DNA of 64,000 bases from Terriglobia bacterium (GTDB lineage Bacteria; Acidobacteriota; Terriglobia; 20CM-2-55-15). Below, one piece after another: positions 51,734 through 61,369 of this stretch; the first letter of the stretch is position 1; every line of letters begins with the position of its first letter. The stretch covers positions 608,001-672,000 of the forward strand of contig CBDAOY010000007.1 in assembly GCA_965198225.1 (NCBI GenBank), written 5' to 3'. The translations under genes and the position numbers were made by a program. A model generated the notes under the pieces. It had not been told where the DNA came from. It did not search any database and saw nothing but the letters and a program-made list of their open reading frames with translations.

Positions 51734-52978
51734 ATGAGACACATCCCCACGATGAGTCTGGCGGCACTCATGGTCCTGTGCCCGTCGGGTTTGTGCGCGC
51801 AGACACCGGAACCGGAGCCTGCTCCCCCGCAGGAAGTGGTTGAACCGGAAGGTCCGAACTACCTCCTCATGGGGAACACCGCGTTTGAGGCCCAGAGCTT
51901 CGAAGAAGCGATCGCCGCATATTCCAACCTTCCCGTCATGGAATTGCCTTTGTATGCCCAGAATCGGCTGGCGCTCTCCTATCATTTGACGAACCGACTA
52001 AGGGAGGCGGAGACCCTCTACAAGTCGGTCACCAGGCGGGACAAAGAGTTGTCCGCCGCCTACAGCAACCTCGGCGCGCTCTATTACGGCAGGAGAAAGT
52101 TCAAGGATGCCGAGAACCGTTTCAAGGATGCACTGGAGTACGATGCGGACAGCCTGGTCCTGAGGCACAACCTTCGCGCCGCCAAGTATGCGCGCGAAAA
52201 CGGAAGGACCATCCGGCCGGTGCTGCTGGAGGAGATGGCCAACGACCCGCTCCTGCTCAACGGTGCACCCGAGGGCGAGGTGGTGCGTGTCAAGTTCCTG
52301 ATGCCAGCCGAGACCCTGGCGGAAGTGACGCTGCTGGAACGGCGTGCGGATTCTTTCCTCGCGAGGAAGATGTTCGAGGATGCGATCATCGAGTACCAGC
52401 GGGCGCTGAAGATCAACAAGTACAACCCGTCGATTGCGAACCGTCTCGGGATCGCCTATCACCAGAGCCAGCGCTTGAGAGATGCCGAGAAGCAATACAA
52501 GGCAGCCCTGAAGATCAACCCGTATTACCTGCAAGCGTTGAACAATCTGGGTTCTGTGGAATACACGCGAAAGCGGTACCGGCGTGCGATGAACTACTAC
52601 GGAAAGGCCCTCGAGATCTCGCCCAACTCCGCGACGATCCTCCAGAATTTCGGTTCCTGCCTGTTTGCCGTGGAGCAATACGAAAGGGGCCTGGCAGTCT
52701 ACATCCGGGCTCTGCAGATCGACCCGAACCTATTCAATCACACGGGCGGGTTCGGTACCCTGATTCAAACCGCGCAGCGCAACGAATCCCTGGCGAATTA
52801 CTACATGGCGAAGGTCTTCGCGGCCAGCGGTGACAAGGACAGGGCCATGTCTTTCCTGTTCCGTGCCGTCGAGGAGGGCTTTGACAACACCGAGATGCTG
52901 GCGGATCCGGCGTTTGACCTCCTCGCCGACGACGCCCGCTTCGCTCAGCTGATCGCTTCGCTCGGGGCGGACCGGTAG
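51734..52978 (+). CDS. Secreted TPR protein
   Basis: AAGGAG RBS, signal peptide, multiple TPRs (AYSNLGALYY, ANRLGIAY, ALNNLG). Confidence 0.88.
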   Translation: MRHIPTMSLAALMVLCPSGLCAQTPEPEPAPPQEVVEPEGPNYLLMGNTAFEAQSFEEAIAAYSNLPVMELPLYAQNRLALSYHLTNRLREAETLYKSVTRRDKELSAAYSNLGALYYGRRKFKDAENRFKDALEYDADSLVLRHNLRAAKYARENGRTIRPVLLEEMANDPLLLNGAPEGEVVRVKFLMPAETLAEVTLLERRADSFLARKMFEDAIIEYQRALKINKYNPSIANRLGIAYHQSQRLRDAEKQYKAALKINPYYLQALNNLGSVEYTRKRYRRAMNYYGKALEISPNSATILQNFGSCLFAVEQYERGLAVYIRALQIDPNLFNHTGGFGTLIQTAQRNESLANYYMAKVFAASGDKDRAMSFLFRAVEEGFDNTEMLADPAFDLLADDARFAQLIASLGADR

Positions 52979-52982
52979 GCGC

Positions 52983-54417
52983 TCACGTAATCTTCCCGGA
53001 AATCCGCTCGATTTCGTTCAATCCGTGCCACAGCAGAGGCTCGCGGAAGCATATTGCGCCGCCGCCCCGCTTTTCCTGTGACGTCATGCGATTGATGTCG
53101 GCGACGACTACCCAGTCGCTCTTGCTGCCTTCCTCTTCGGCCAGGGTGGTTCCGTCACGCAACTGCACGGTCCGAACCCCTCGATCTTCATCCTCCTCCG
53201 AAATCGCCCACTTTGCGTGGTCCTTCGTATAGTGCCAGATGTAGCCTTCGAGCGCCTTCCCTTTGCTGTCGGTCAACATCGAGAGGTCGATGTTCGTCAC
53301 CTCGTCGACGACCTGCATGCCGTTGCTTTCAAAGAACTCGTGATGGTACTGCCGGCCCTTGTAGGTCGTGGTGAAATCGTGGGAGCCGAAATCCATGGCC
53401 GCGGGCTTGCCCTCTCCATCGAGGTCGGCAAAAGGTAACATGGCGGTGGGCGTCAGCCGGCGCCATGTTTCGACCCGCAGGTCGACGCCTTTGCTGCCTT
53501 TCGCATTCGTCAGACTTGGTCCGACCAGATCAACCCAGAAATCACCGAACCACGCGCCGCTCTTCGCGATGAGGCGAAATTGCTTGCCGCCCTTTGATTT
53601 GAAAGCCAGATCGGCAGGCTTCTTGCGTTTGTGAGTCTTCGAGTAGCGCTTGCCATAGCCGGGCGGGACGCTACCCTGTGCCAGTTGCCAGAGCGGGGAC
53701 CACTTCTCCGATTTCTGGGTGACTTCCTTCGGCAGACGGCACCCGAAGACCTGGGGTTCGTGCTGGGCACTCAACGCTCGAGCGATCTGATGCCGTCGCC
53801 ACGCCATCCAGAGTGATGCAAATGAACGTCTGCGCGTACTTCCAGGTGTACTCGGGATAGTAGAAGCGCCTTCCGGCCGGGGTGTGCAACGCTGGAATCT
53901 TGGGTGTGGAGTGCGACAGCCAGAACGCGGTGTCGGTCGCCAGATCGAAGGCCAGAACTCCTTTGTTGTGGCCGTTCGTCGAGTGGTTCGTCGGCATGCC
54001 TCGATCGCTCTGCCTGGCCGTGTCCGACGCGATCGCCGGTTTGACCGCGGGAGGCCAATCGCTTTTACCTTTCTCCCAGTCGGCGACGAGCCTGGCTTTG
54101 ACCTTGGCGGCCTGCTTCGGATCCTTCCTGGAAGGATCGTACGGACTCATGTCGTCGGGGTATTCGTCGTTGTAGAAGATCCATCCCGTTTTCGGTCCCG
54201 GCTTTGGGAAGAACTGCCGCATCGTTCGGTAGAGCGCTCCATTCCGGCCGGTGCCCAGTGTGCAGGGCGAGAGCTGCAGCGGTTTGTTCTCATGAGGATC
54301 GTAGTAGAGGTATTCGTTTCCGTTGGTCCTGCCGGCCGGTCCCACGCCCTCGGGAAGCTTGTACATGAACCACCAGTCGATGGCGGCTCCTTTCCTGTCG
54401 TTCCTTGCACTCAACAT
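52983..54417 (-). pseudogene. Deoxyribonuclease II family protein (PLD superfamily), split by a frameshift near 53790
   Basis: IDWWFMYKLP, YLYYD, YNDE, GHNKG, FWLSHSTPK and AQTFIC in frame 1; AKS, DHAKW and DINRMTSQEKRGGG in frame 2; ATG at 54417 follows GGAG. Confidence 0.85.
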
Positions 54418-54638
54418 CGGTCGTATCTCCCCAAAGGCTGTCGAGAAAGTACTCGCTTCCGTCGACGCGCACCGACGCGGCGGCTCCCTGGGCCCCAAAG
54501 CCGTCCCCACAGAGCGTCCGGTCGGACCAGTCTTGGATCGTCTCGGCGAGGGTTGTCGACTTGTCGTCGGGATAAGAGACGTTCTTCCAGCCGGTCGGCA
54601 GGGCCAACGGGAATCGTGTGGGTCATTCGTGGTTTGCC

Positions 54639-56177
54639 TTACTGAGCAGCGAGGATCATCTCCGCAGCCTTCTCGCCGATCATCATCGAGGGCGCGTTCG
54701 TGTTGCCCGATGTGGCCCTCGGCATGATCGAGGCGTCGGCGACCCGCAGGCCGTCGATGCCATAGACCCGCAACTCGGGATCGACGACCGCCTCGTCGTC
54801 GACTCCCATCTTGCAGGTGCTGGTGGGATGAAAATACGTTGTCGCTGCCTGTCGGATGAACTTGATCATTTCGGACCGAGGCAGGTTGCCCGGCATGACT
54901 TCCCGTTTTCGGAGGTCGCCGAACGCGCTGGAGGCGCCCATCTCCCGGCAGAGTTCCACAGCGCTCAGCATCGCGTTCACGTCGGCATCGCGCGCCATGA
55001 AATTGACGTCGATCGCCGGTGCAACCGCGGGGTCGGACGAGACGAGCCTGACCGATCCGCGACTGGCCGGCCGGACGACGCTCGGCGCGATGGCGTAGCA
55101 GTTTTCGTTCGGAAGCCGGTCGGCCACCTCCGGCGTCGCGAAAGGGAACTCGATGATCACGGGCTGGATGTCCGGGCCAAGCATCCGAGAATCGGACTTC
55201 CACCACATCGTGCTTTCCGCTCCGTTGTTGCGAACTTCCGGAAGCGATCCCTGACATTCGTAGTTGATACCGGCGACCAGGACGTGGTCGTGGAGGTTCC
55301 GGCCGACACCGCTGAGGTTTGCAGTGACAGGAATGTCCAGTGCTTTGAGCTCTTCTTCGGGCCCGATTCCCGAAAGACTCAGTAACTGTGGAGATCCGAT
55401 TACCCCCGCGCAGAGGACGATCTCTTTCTCGGCCGCGGCCCTCCGCATGCCGCCATCGTGCTGGTATTCGACGCCGACCGCGCTGGCGGCGTCGATGAGA
55501 ACACGATGCGTGACGGCGTGCGTCCGCACCGTCAGGCCGGTTTTGTCCAACGCCGGCTGAAGGTATGCCTGGACCACGCTGTGCCGCTTGCCGTCCTTGA
55601 TCGTCATGTTGAAAAAGCTGGTGCCTTCCATCGAAGAGCCGTTGTTGTCCTCGACCCTGGGCAGGCCGACGGCAGGACCGGACTCGACGAAGGCGGTAGC
55701 GACGGGGTTCGGGTCCTCGGCGGGCTCGACATAGACGGGACCTCCCGTTCCCCTCAGTTCGCTCGGTGGACCCTGCCAGTCTTCCATTCTCTTGTACAGC
55801 GGGTGGATTTCACTCCAACTCCAGCCGGGATTGCCGTCGAGGGTCCAGCCATCGAAATCGCTCGGGTGTCCGCGAACCCACACGCTGGCATTGTGACTGT
55901 GGCATCCGCCCAGCATCTTGCCCCGAGGCACGTGATCGACCCTGTTGTCACAGCTTCCGAGGGGTGTCGTGTCGTACCCCCAGTCCAACTCACCCTTGAA
56001 CAGCGTCGGCCACTTGGAGGGATCGATCACGTCCGGGTGGGTTGCCGGTCCTCCACCTTCGAGCAGCAACACCCGCGCTTCGGGATTCTCTGACAATCGT
56101 GCGGCAACGACGCAACCGGCGGAGCCGGCACCCACGACGACGTAGTCATAAGTTTCCTCGAACGTATGGTTGCTCAT
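54639..56177 (-). CDS. GMC family oxidoreductase (choline dehydrogenase-like)
   Basis: YDYVVVGAGSAG, RGKMLGG, GRNLHDH, HPTSTCKMG and SGNTNAP; ATG at 56177. Confidence 0.95.
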   Translation of the reverse strand: MSNHTFEETYDYVVVGAGSAGCVVAARLSENPEARVLLLEGGGPATHPDVIDPSKWPTLFKGELDWGYDTTPLGSCDNRVDHVPRGKMLGGCHSHNASVWVRGHPSDFDGWTLDGNPGWSWSEIHPLYKRMEDWQGPPSELRGTGGPVYVEPAEDPNPVATAFVESGPAVGLPRVEDNNGSSMEGTSFFNMTIKDGKRHSVVQAYLQPALDKTGLTVRTHAVTHRVLIDAASAVGVEYQHDGGMRRAAAEKEIVLCAGVIGSPQLLSLSGIGPEEELKALDIPVTANLSGVGRNLHDHVLVAGINYECQGSLPEVRNNGAESTMWWKSDSRMLGPDIQPVIIEFPFATPEVADRLPNENCYAIAPSVVRPASRGSVRLVSSDPAVAPAIDVNFMARDADVNAMLSAVELCREMGASSAFGDLRKREVMPGNLPRSEMIKFIRQAATTYFHPTSTCKMGVDDEAVVDPELRVYGIDGLRVADASIMPRATSGNTNAPSMMIGEKAAEMILAAQ

Positions 56178-56330
56178 CGATGTTCCCCCGCACAGGCCAT
56201 GCCTGATATGACGTAAACAGCTGAATTCCCGGCAAATAGCTGCCCGATATCCTGCACGATTTAGCTGTATAATTCCAGCTTCCATCGGCATCGCTCTCGA
56301 ACGCAGGTCTTGGCCCGACCGAGGATCTCT

Positions 56331-57104
56331 GTGGAATATCTGGAATTTGCATCTCAACTGGCTCGTGAAGCAGGCGGCGTCTTGAACTACTACGCCGCTC
56401 GCGAGAAGGAGATCGAGCACAAGGGGCGCGCCAATCTGGTCACGGTCGCGGACCGCGAAAGCGAGAAGCTGATCATCCGCGAGATCCGCGCCCGATATCC
56501 CGATCACACGATACTGGCCGAAGAGTCCGGTCTGTCCGCCGAAGCGGGTGAGGGTCGTTGGATCATCGACCCGCTGGACGGGACGACCAACTATGCCCAC
56601 CAGTTCCCGATGTTTTGTGTTTCGATCGGTTTTGAGCTGCACGGCCGGGTCCTCTGTGGCGCAGTCTACGATCCGGTCCGCGACGACCTGTTCACCGGAT
56701 CGCGCGGAAGGGGAGCCTTCGTGAACGGAGAACCGATTACGGTCTCCGATGTCGGCCGACTTGCGGACGGTTTATTGCTGACGGGTTTTCCGTATGGCGT
56801 CCGGGAGAAGATGGAGCATGCCCTCGGGCTCTTTCGGTCTTTTCTGGTCGCGTCTCAGGCCGTCCGGCGTGCCGGAGCGGCCGCCCTGGATCTCTGCTAT
56901 CTCGCTGCCGGAAGATGCGACGGGTTCTGGGAGCTGGACCTGAACCCCTGGGATACCGCCGCCGGCCTGGTGATTGCCGAGGAGGCTGGCGCGCGCGTCA
57001 CGGACTTCGGGGGCGGCGCCTTTGCGATCTACTCCAAAGAAATCCTCGCGTCGAATGGTCTGATACACGAGGAGATGGTTCAGACATTGGGCGGAGAGAA
57101 GTAG
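56331..57104 (+). CDS. suhB: Inositol monophosphatase family protein
   Basis: AEE, WIIDPLDGTTNY and PWDTAAG motifs. Confidence 0.93.
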   Translation: MEYLEFASQLAREAGGVLNYYAAREKEIEHKGRANLVTVADRESEKLIIREIRARYPDHTILAEESGLSAEAGEGRWIIDPLDGTTNYAHQFPMFCVSIGFELHGRVLCGAVYDPVRDDLFTGSRGRGAFVNGEPITVSDVGRLADGLLLTGFPYGVREKMEHALGLFRSFLVASQAVRRAGAAALDLCYLAAGRCDGFWELDLNPWDTAAGLVIAEEAGARVTDFGGGAFAIYSKEILASNGLIHEEMVQTLGGEK

Positions 57105-57153
57105 TCCGTGGTGCTCTGGGTGCGATCCGTTCCCCCACTTCTCTGCGCAGTCA

Positions 57154-57185
57154 ACACCCGGGGACAGGGCCAGGCCCCTGTCCCC
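57154..57185. repeat. Family B core palindrome
   Basis: ACACCCGGGGACAGGGCCAGGCCCCTGTCCCC. Confidence 0.85.
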
Positions 57186-57428
57186 GACCATTCTTTAGCG
57201 TCGGGCCCACCGTCCCCCTCTCAGTGCGAGTGAAAGCGTTCGACGACCCACGCGCATTGCGACGGCTCCGGAGAAAGACAGCTGGTCCGGTCCCCCCACG
57301 CCTCGGAGCTTTCCCGATCATCTCGCCCGCATCAACACTCGCTTTGCGGAGCATTTTTCGAGACACGATACGGTTCCTGACCTATGATCTTTCTGATCAC
57401 GGAATCCCACACCGACGGAGGCCTTTCG

Positions 57429-59552
57429 ATGATTCGCGCATGGAGCCTGGTCCTGATTGTCTCTCTCCGGATCGCCGGTCCAGCCTATTCCCAGCAGGCC
57501 GAGCAAGTCTCGGCGATGACGGCCGACCAAGTCTCGGCCATGACGACCGATGACGTCCTGGATCTTGTCGCCATGTCCGATGCTGAAATCTCGCCCGACG
57601 GCGAATGGATTCTGTATTCCCGGTCCGATTTGAAGTGGGGAGACAACAAGCGAGAATCATACCTGTGGATGGTGTCCGCCGATGGCGCCGACCACTTCCA
57701 GTTCACTTCGCACGCTGGAGATGGCTCTGCAGGCTGGTCGCCGGATGGACGTATGATTGCCTTCCTTTCTTCGAGAAAGGCCGGCGGCGGGGTCGGTGAC
57801 GAGGGGGATGAGAACGGAGGCGGGCGGCAGATCTGGCTGATACGGACCCGCGGAGGCGAGGCCTGGCAGCTTACCGAGCACGACGGCGGCGTGTCTGCGT
57901 TCGAATGGTCGCCTGATGGGCACTCGATCGTGTTTCGGGCATCAGACACGAAATCAAAGGAAGAGAAGGAGGCCGAAGAAGGCGGAGACGACGCGATTTA
58001 CGTCGACGAGGGCCCGAACGGTCAGGGTCGCCGCAGCTGGTCGAATCTGTGGACGATTTCCATCGACGATAGGACGGAGCGACAGATCACTTCAGGTGAT
58101 TGGGCCGTCGCCGGTTTTGCCATATCACCCGACGGCAAGACGATCGCGTTTCACGCCCGGCGGGAGAGAGAACGCAACAACGGCAACCTGACCGAAATCT
58201 ACACTGTCGGCATCGTCGAGGGCGAAATCGAGCGTCTCACCGACAACCGGTCGCCGGAATCCGGCGTCAAGTGGTCTCCCGACGGGCGATCGATCTCCTA
58301 CACGGCCGCTCATGACGCCGAATGGGAGCTCTACAACCGGAAGATCCGGATCATGGAAGTGGATACGAAGGTCTCCCGCGTGCTGACCGACGGATACGAC
58401 GGGAACATCGGAACCTACGAGTGGTCTCCTGACGGCTCGAAAGTCCTCTTCGCGGGCCAGCACCGGACGATGAACAACCTCTTTGAGGTCGACGCGGAAA
58501 GCGGCGCCGTCAAACAGCTCACAGAGGAAGAAGGTGTCTTTCAAGTCAGTTCCTTCTCGAAGGATCGCAAACGGGCGGCAGCCCTCTACGAGACGCCCCA
58601 GACTCCCCGCAGTCTCTACCTGCTCGACCGAACGACACTCGAACGCACCGAACTCGTCGACCTCAATCCAGACGCTGAGAGTTTCGAGATGCCGCGGGCA
58701 GAAGTGGTTCGATGGAAGAGCAAGGACGGGACCGAGATCGAAGGGGTCCTCCACCTGCCCCACGACTACCAGGAAGGCACGCGGCTGCCTTTCATACTGA
58801 GCATTCATGGCGGCCCGGCCAGTGTATGGCGTTACAACTTCAACTCGGCCGCGGCCGTGTTCACGGGCCTGGGATACGCAGTGCTGTCGCCGAATGTGCG
58901 GGGAAGCAGGGGCTATTCAGACGCCTTGCTTCGCGGAAACCTGAACGACATCGGTGGCGGAGACTACTGGGACGCAATGACGGGAGTCGATGCCATGATC
59001 GATCGAGGAATTGCCGATCCGGAGCGGTTGGCCGTTCGCGGCTGGAGCTACGGCGGCATTCTCGGTGGCTGGGCGATCACACAAACTGACCGCTTCAAGG
59101 CGGCGTCGCTGGGCGCGATGGTTGCCGATTGGACCTCGGAGTACGCGATGGGGTTCAACAACGACATCCGTTACTGGTACATCGGGGGAACCCCCTGGGA
59201 GAACCCGGAAGGCTACAGGCGACAGTCCGCCTTCACGTACATCGACAACGTGTCCACGCCGACGATCCTCTTCCATGGCGAGAGAGACACCACCGACACG
59301 ATCGGCCAATCCATGATCTTCTACCAGGGCTTGAAGGATCGTGGAGTCGACACCCGGTTTATCCGGTTTCCCCGGGAGCCTCACGGCTTCCGAGAACCCC
59401 GCCACCAGCGGACTCGCGATATCGAGGAAATCGCGTGGTTCGAGAAATACGTGCGCGGACGGGATTTCGAGATTAAGAAGCGGACCGAGGAAGAGGAGGC
59501 AGAAGAGGGAAGCTCTGCCAAGACGGACGGAAGTCCGAACGAGTGTAGGTGA
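57429..59552 (+). CDS. Secreted S9 (prolyl oligopeptidase/acylaminoacyl peptidase) family peptidase
   Basis: WSPDG propeller repeats, IHGGP, GWSYGG, HGERD and EPHG motifs. Confidence 0.95.
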   Translation: MIRAWSLVLIVSLRIAGPAYSQQAEQVSAMTADQVSAMTTDDVLDLVAMSDAEISPDGEWILYSRSDLKWGDNKRESYLWMVSADGADHFQFTSHAGDGSAGWSPDGRMIAFLSSRKAGGGVGDEGDENGGGRQIWLIRTRGGEAWQLTEHDGGVSAFEWSPDGHSIVFRASDTKSKEEKEAEEGGDDAIYVDEGPNGQGRRSWSNLWTISIDDRTERQITSGDWAVAGFAISPDGKTIAFHARRERERNNGNLTEIYTVGIVEGEIERLTDNRSPESGVKWSPDGRSISYTAAHDAEWELYNRKIRIMEVDTKVSRVLTDGYDGNIGTYEWSPDGSKVLFAGQHRTMNNLFEVDAESGAVKQLTEEEGVFQVSSFSKDRKRAAALYETPQTPRSLYLLDRTTLERTELVDLNPDAESFEMPRAEVVRWKSKDGTEIEGVLHLPHDYQEGTRLPFILSIHGGPASVWRYNFNSAAAVFTGLGYAVLSPNVRGSRGYSDALLRGNLNDIGGGDYWDAMTGVDAMIDRGIADPERLAVRGWSYGGILGGWAITQTDRFKAASLGAMVADWTSEYAMGFNNDIRYWYIGGTPWENPEGYRRQSAFTYIDNVSTPTILFHGERDTTDTIGQSMIFYQGLKDRGVDTRFIRFPREPHGFREPRHQRTRDIEEIAWFEKYVRGRDFEIKKRTEEEEAEEGSSAKTDGSPNECR

Positions 59553-59612
59553 GCGCAATGAGCGCACTGCCCTCAAGCTCGAAAGATGTGCGGTCATAGA
59601 CCGCACCTACAC
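59543..59612. repeat. REPIN, family A, overlapping the S9 peptidase stop codon
   Basis: GTGTAGGTGAGCGCAATGAGCGCAC ... GTGCGGTCATAGACCGCACCTACAC. Confidence 0.85.
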
Positions 59613-61369
59613 TATTTGACTACGTCCCCCATCTTCATCACGAAAAGAGTGCGATCGTCTGAGGCCGTGCCGACGTCGGAGAACTGTCGGATCGCGTCAC
59701 TGACGCCTTCGACTACGCCTTCGGGGTCCCGCTCCCGGCAATCGAGGACGACCTGCGCGAGGCGCTTCAATCCGAACTCTTCGCCCGCCTGATTCTGCAT
59801 TTCCACAATCCCGTCGGAGTAGAAGACCAGCAGGTCCCCGTTTTCGAGAGAGATCGATCGTTCCTGGTACGTGGAGTCGGGAAACAAGCCGAGAGGGATT
59901 CCCGACACATCCAGGAACGAGCAGGCGTCCTCGCGGACGCGGATCGGGTAGGGCAGTCCCGAATTTGCGACTGTGATCTGTCGGTTTTCCGGGTCGTACA
60001 CCGCGTAGACCAGCGCGACGTACTGAGTGGCGATCGGCCGCTGCTGTAGTGTCTTGTTGACCATTTCCAGCATCTCGGCGGGAAGATACTTGCGGGTTGC
60101 GCGTGTTCGGATTATGCCGCTGGCCAATGCGCCGTAGAGTGCGGCGGGCGCCCCCTTTCCGGCGACATCCCCGACCGCGATCGCCACTCGCCCGTCGTCG
60201 AACCGGATCACGTCGTAGAGATCACCCCCCAGGTGAGCGACCGGGATGAACGAAACCGCGAGCGCCAGAGGACCGAGCGAAGGCATTTCATCGGGCAGCA
60301 GCTGGCGCTGAATCTCACGGGCGATTTCCAGCTCGTTGTCCAGCCGTTGCTCGTCCGCAACGACCTTCTCGTACAGCTCCGCATTTACGAGAGCCGATGC
60401 GATTCTGCTCGCGAGCGTGAGCAAAAGCCGTTGGTCGTATTCAGTAAAGTTATCCCTCCTCCGGCTTTCCAGGTCGAGGACACCGATGACTTTGCCTTTG
60501 TAGGCCAGCGGAATCACCATCTCGGAAACGGTCTCGGGGTGAACGTTGATGTAGCGGGGATCCTGGCTAACGTCACTCACCCGAATCGGCTTGTTCTCCA
60601 GCGCTGCCGTTCCGACCAGACCCTTTCCGAGCGCAACGTCGAACTTTTCGAATGTATGCTTGTTGGGTCGAAAAACGATGCGGGGTTTCAGCCGGCCGGT
60701 TTCTCCGTCCAGCAGCATGATCGAAAAGATGTGGTAGTCGATCGACGACTTGACCGCATCGGCGATCTTGTTGATCAGCTCGTCGACCTCCAACGTCGAG
60801 GCCATCTCCAGACTGATGTCATAGAGCATCGTGAGCAACTCGCGGTTGCGCCGCTCGCGTTCGTAGAGGTTGGCGTTTTCGATGGCGATGGCGATCTGGC
60901 TGCCCAACAGGTGAAGCATCCGAACCTGTTCGTCCCTGAAGTAGCCGACTTCAGGGCTCTCGATGTCGAGAACGCCCATGACGCGATTCTTGCTGATCAA
61001 CGGCACGGCCAACTCTGAACGTGTCGCCGACACGACGTTGATGTAACGGGAGTCGGCAGAAACATCGTCCACCACCACCGGACGACGTTCTCGGGCTGCA
61101 GTTCCGATGAGGCCCTGGCCGAGGGGAACCCGGAGCGAATCGACCACCTCCTGCGGGTGGCCTATGGCGAAACGGTAGTAGAGTTCCTGGGTCGGCTCAT
61201 CCAGGAGCAGAATCGCGAAGACCTGGTACGGGACGAACCGCTGCGTCAATTCCGCGATCTTGTTCAGGAGGAGGTCGAGATCCAGGATCGATGTGATCTC
61301 ATGGTTGATTTCGATGAGGTCGGCCAGGAAACGCGTGTCCCGGAAACCCAGCTCTGGATTCTTGCTCAT
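59612..61369 (-). CDS. GAF-GAF-PP2C (SpoIIE/RsbU-like) phosphatase
   Basis: Two GAF domains (RSELAVPL, SEMVIPL); GGDLYD, GDVAGKG, YSDGI and DDRT motifs. Confidence 0.95.
   Translation of the reverse strand: MSKNPELGFRDTRFLADLIEINHEITSILDLDLLLNKIAELTQRFVPYQVFAILLLDEPTQELYYRFAIGHPQEVVDSLRVPLGQGLIGTAARERRPVVVDDVSADSRYINVVSATRSELAVPLISKNRVMGVLDIESPEVGYFRDEQVRMLHLLGSQIAIAIENANLYERERRNRELLTMLYDISLEMASTLEVDELINKIADAVKSSIDYHIFSIMLLDGETGRLKPRIVFRPNKHTFEKFDVALGKGLVGTAALENKPIRVSDVSQDPRYINVHPETVSEMVIPLAYKGKVIGVLDLESRRRDNFTEYDQRLLLTLASRIASALVNAELYEKVVADEQRLDNELEIAREIQRQLLPDEMPSLGPLALAVSFIPVAHLGGDLYDVIRFDDGRVAIAVGDVAGKGAPAALYGALASGIIRTRATRKYLPAEMLEMVNKTLQQRPIATQYVALVYAVYDPENRQITVANSGLPYPIRVREDACSFLDVSGIPLGLFPDSTYQERSISLENGDLLVFYSDGIVEMQNQAGEEFGLKRLAQVVLDCRERDPEGVVEGVSDAIRQFSDVGTASDDRTLFVMKMGDVVK

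Noticed and set aside
53671-55257. 528-aa ORF as a single protein
   Set aside because: The 5' part is an off-frame shadow of the GMC gene. Only the portion from ATG 54417 is DNase II-like.
57504-57550. 24-bp tandem duplication (EQVSAMTA-DQVSAMTT) in the S9 peptidase
   Set aside because: A simple in-frame duplication in a linker, with no sign of functional significance.
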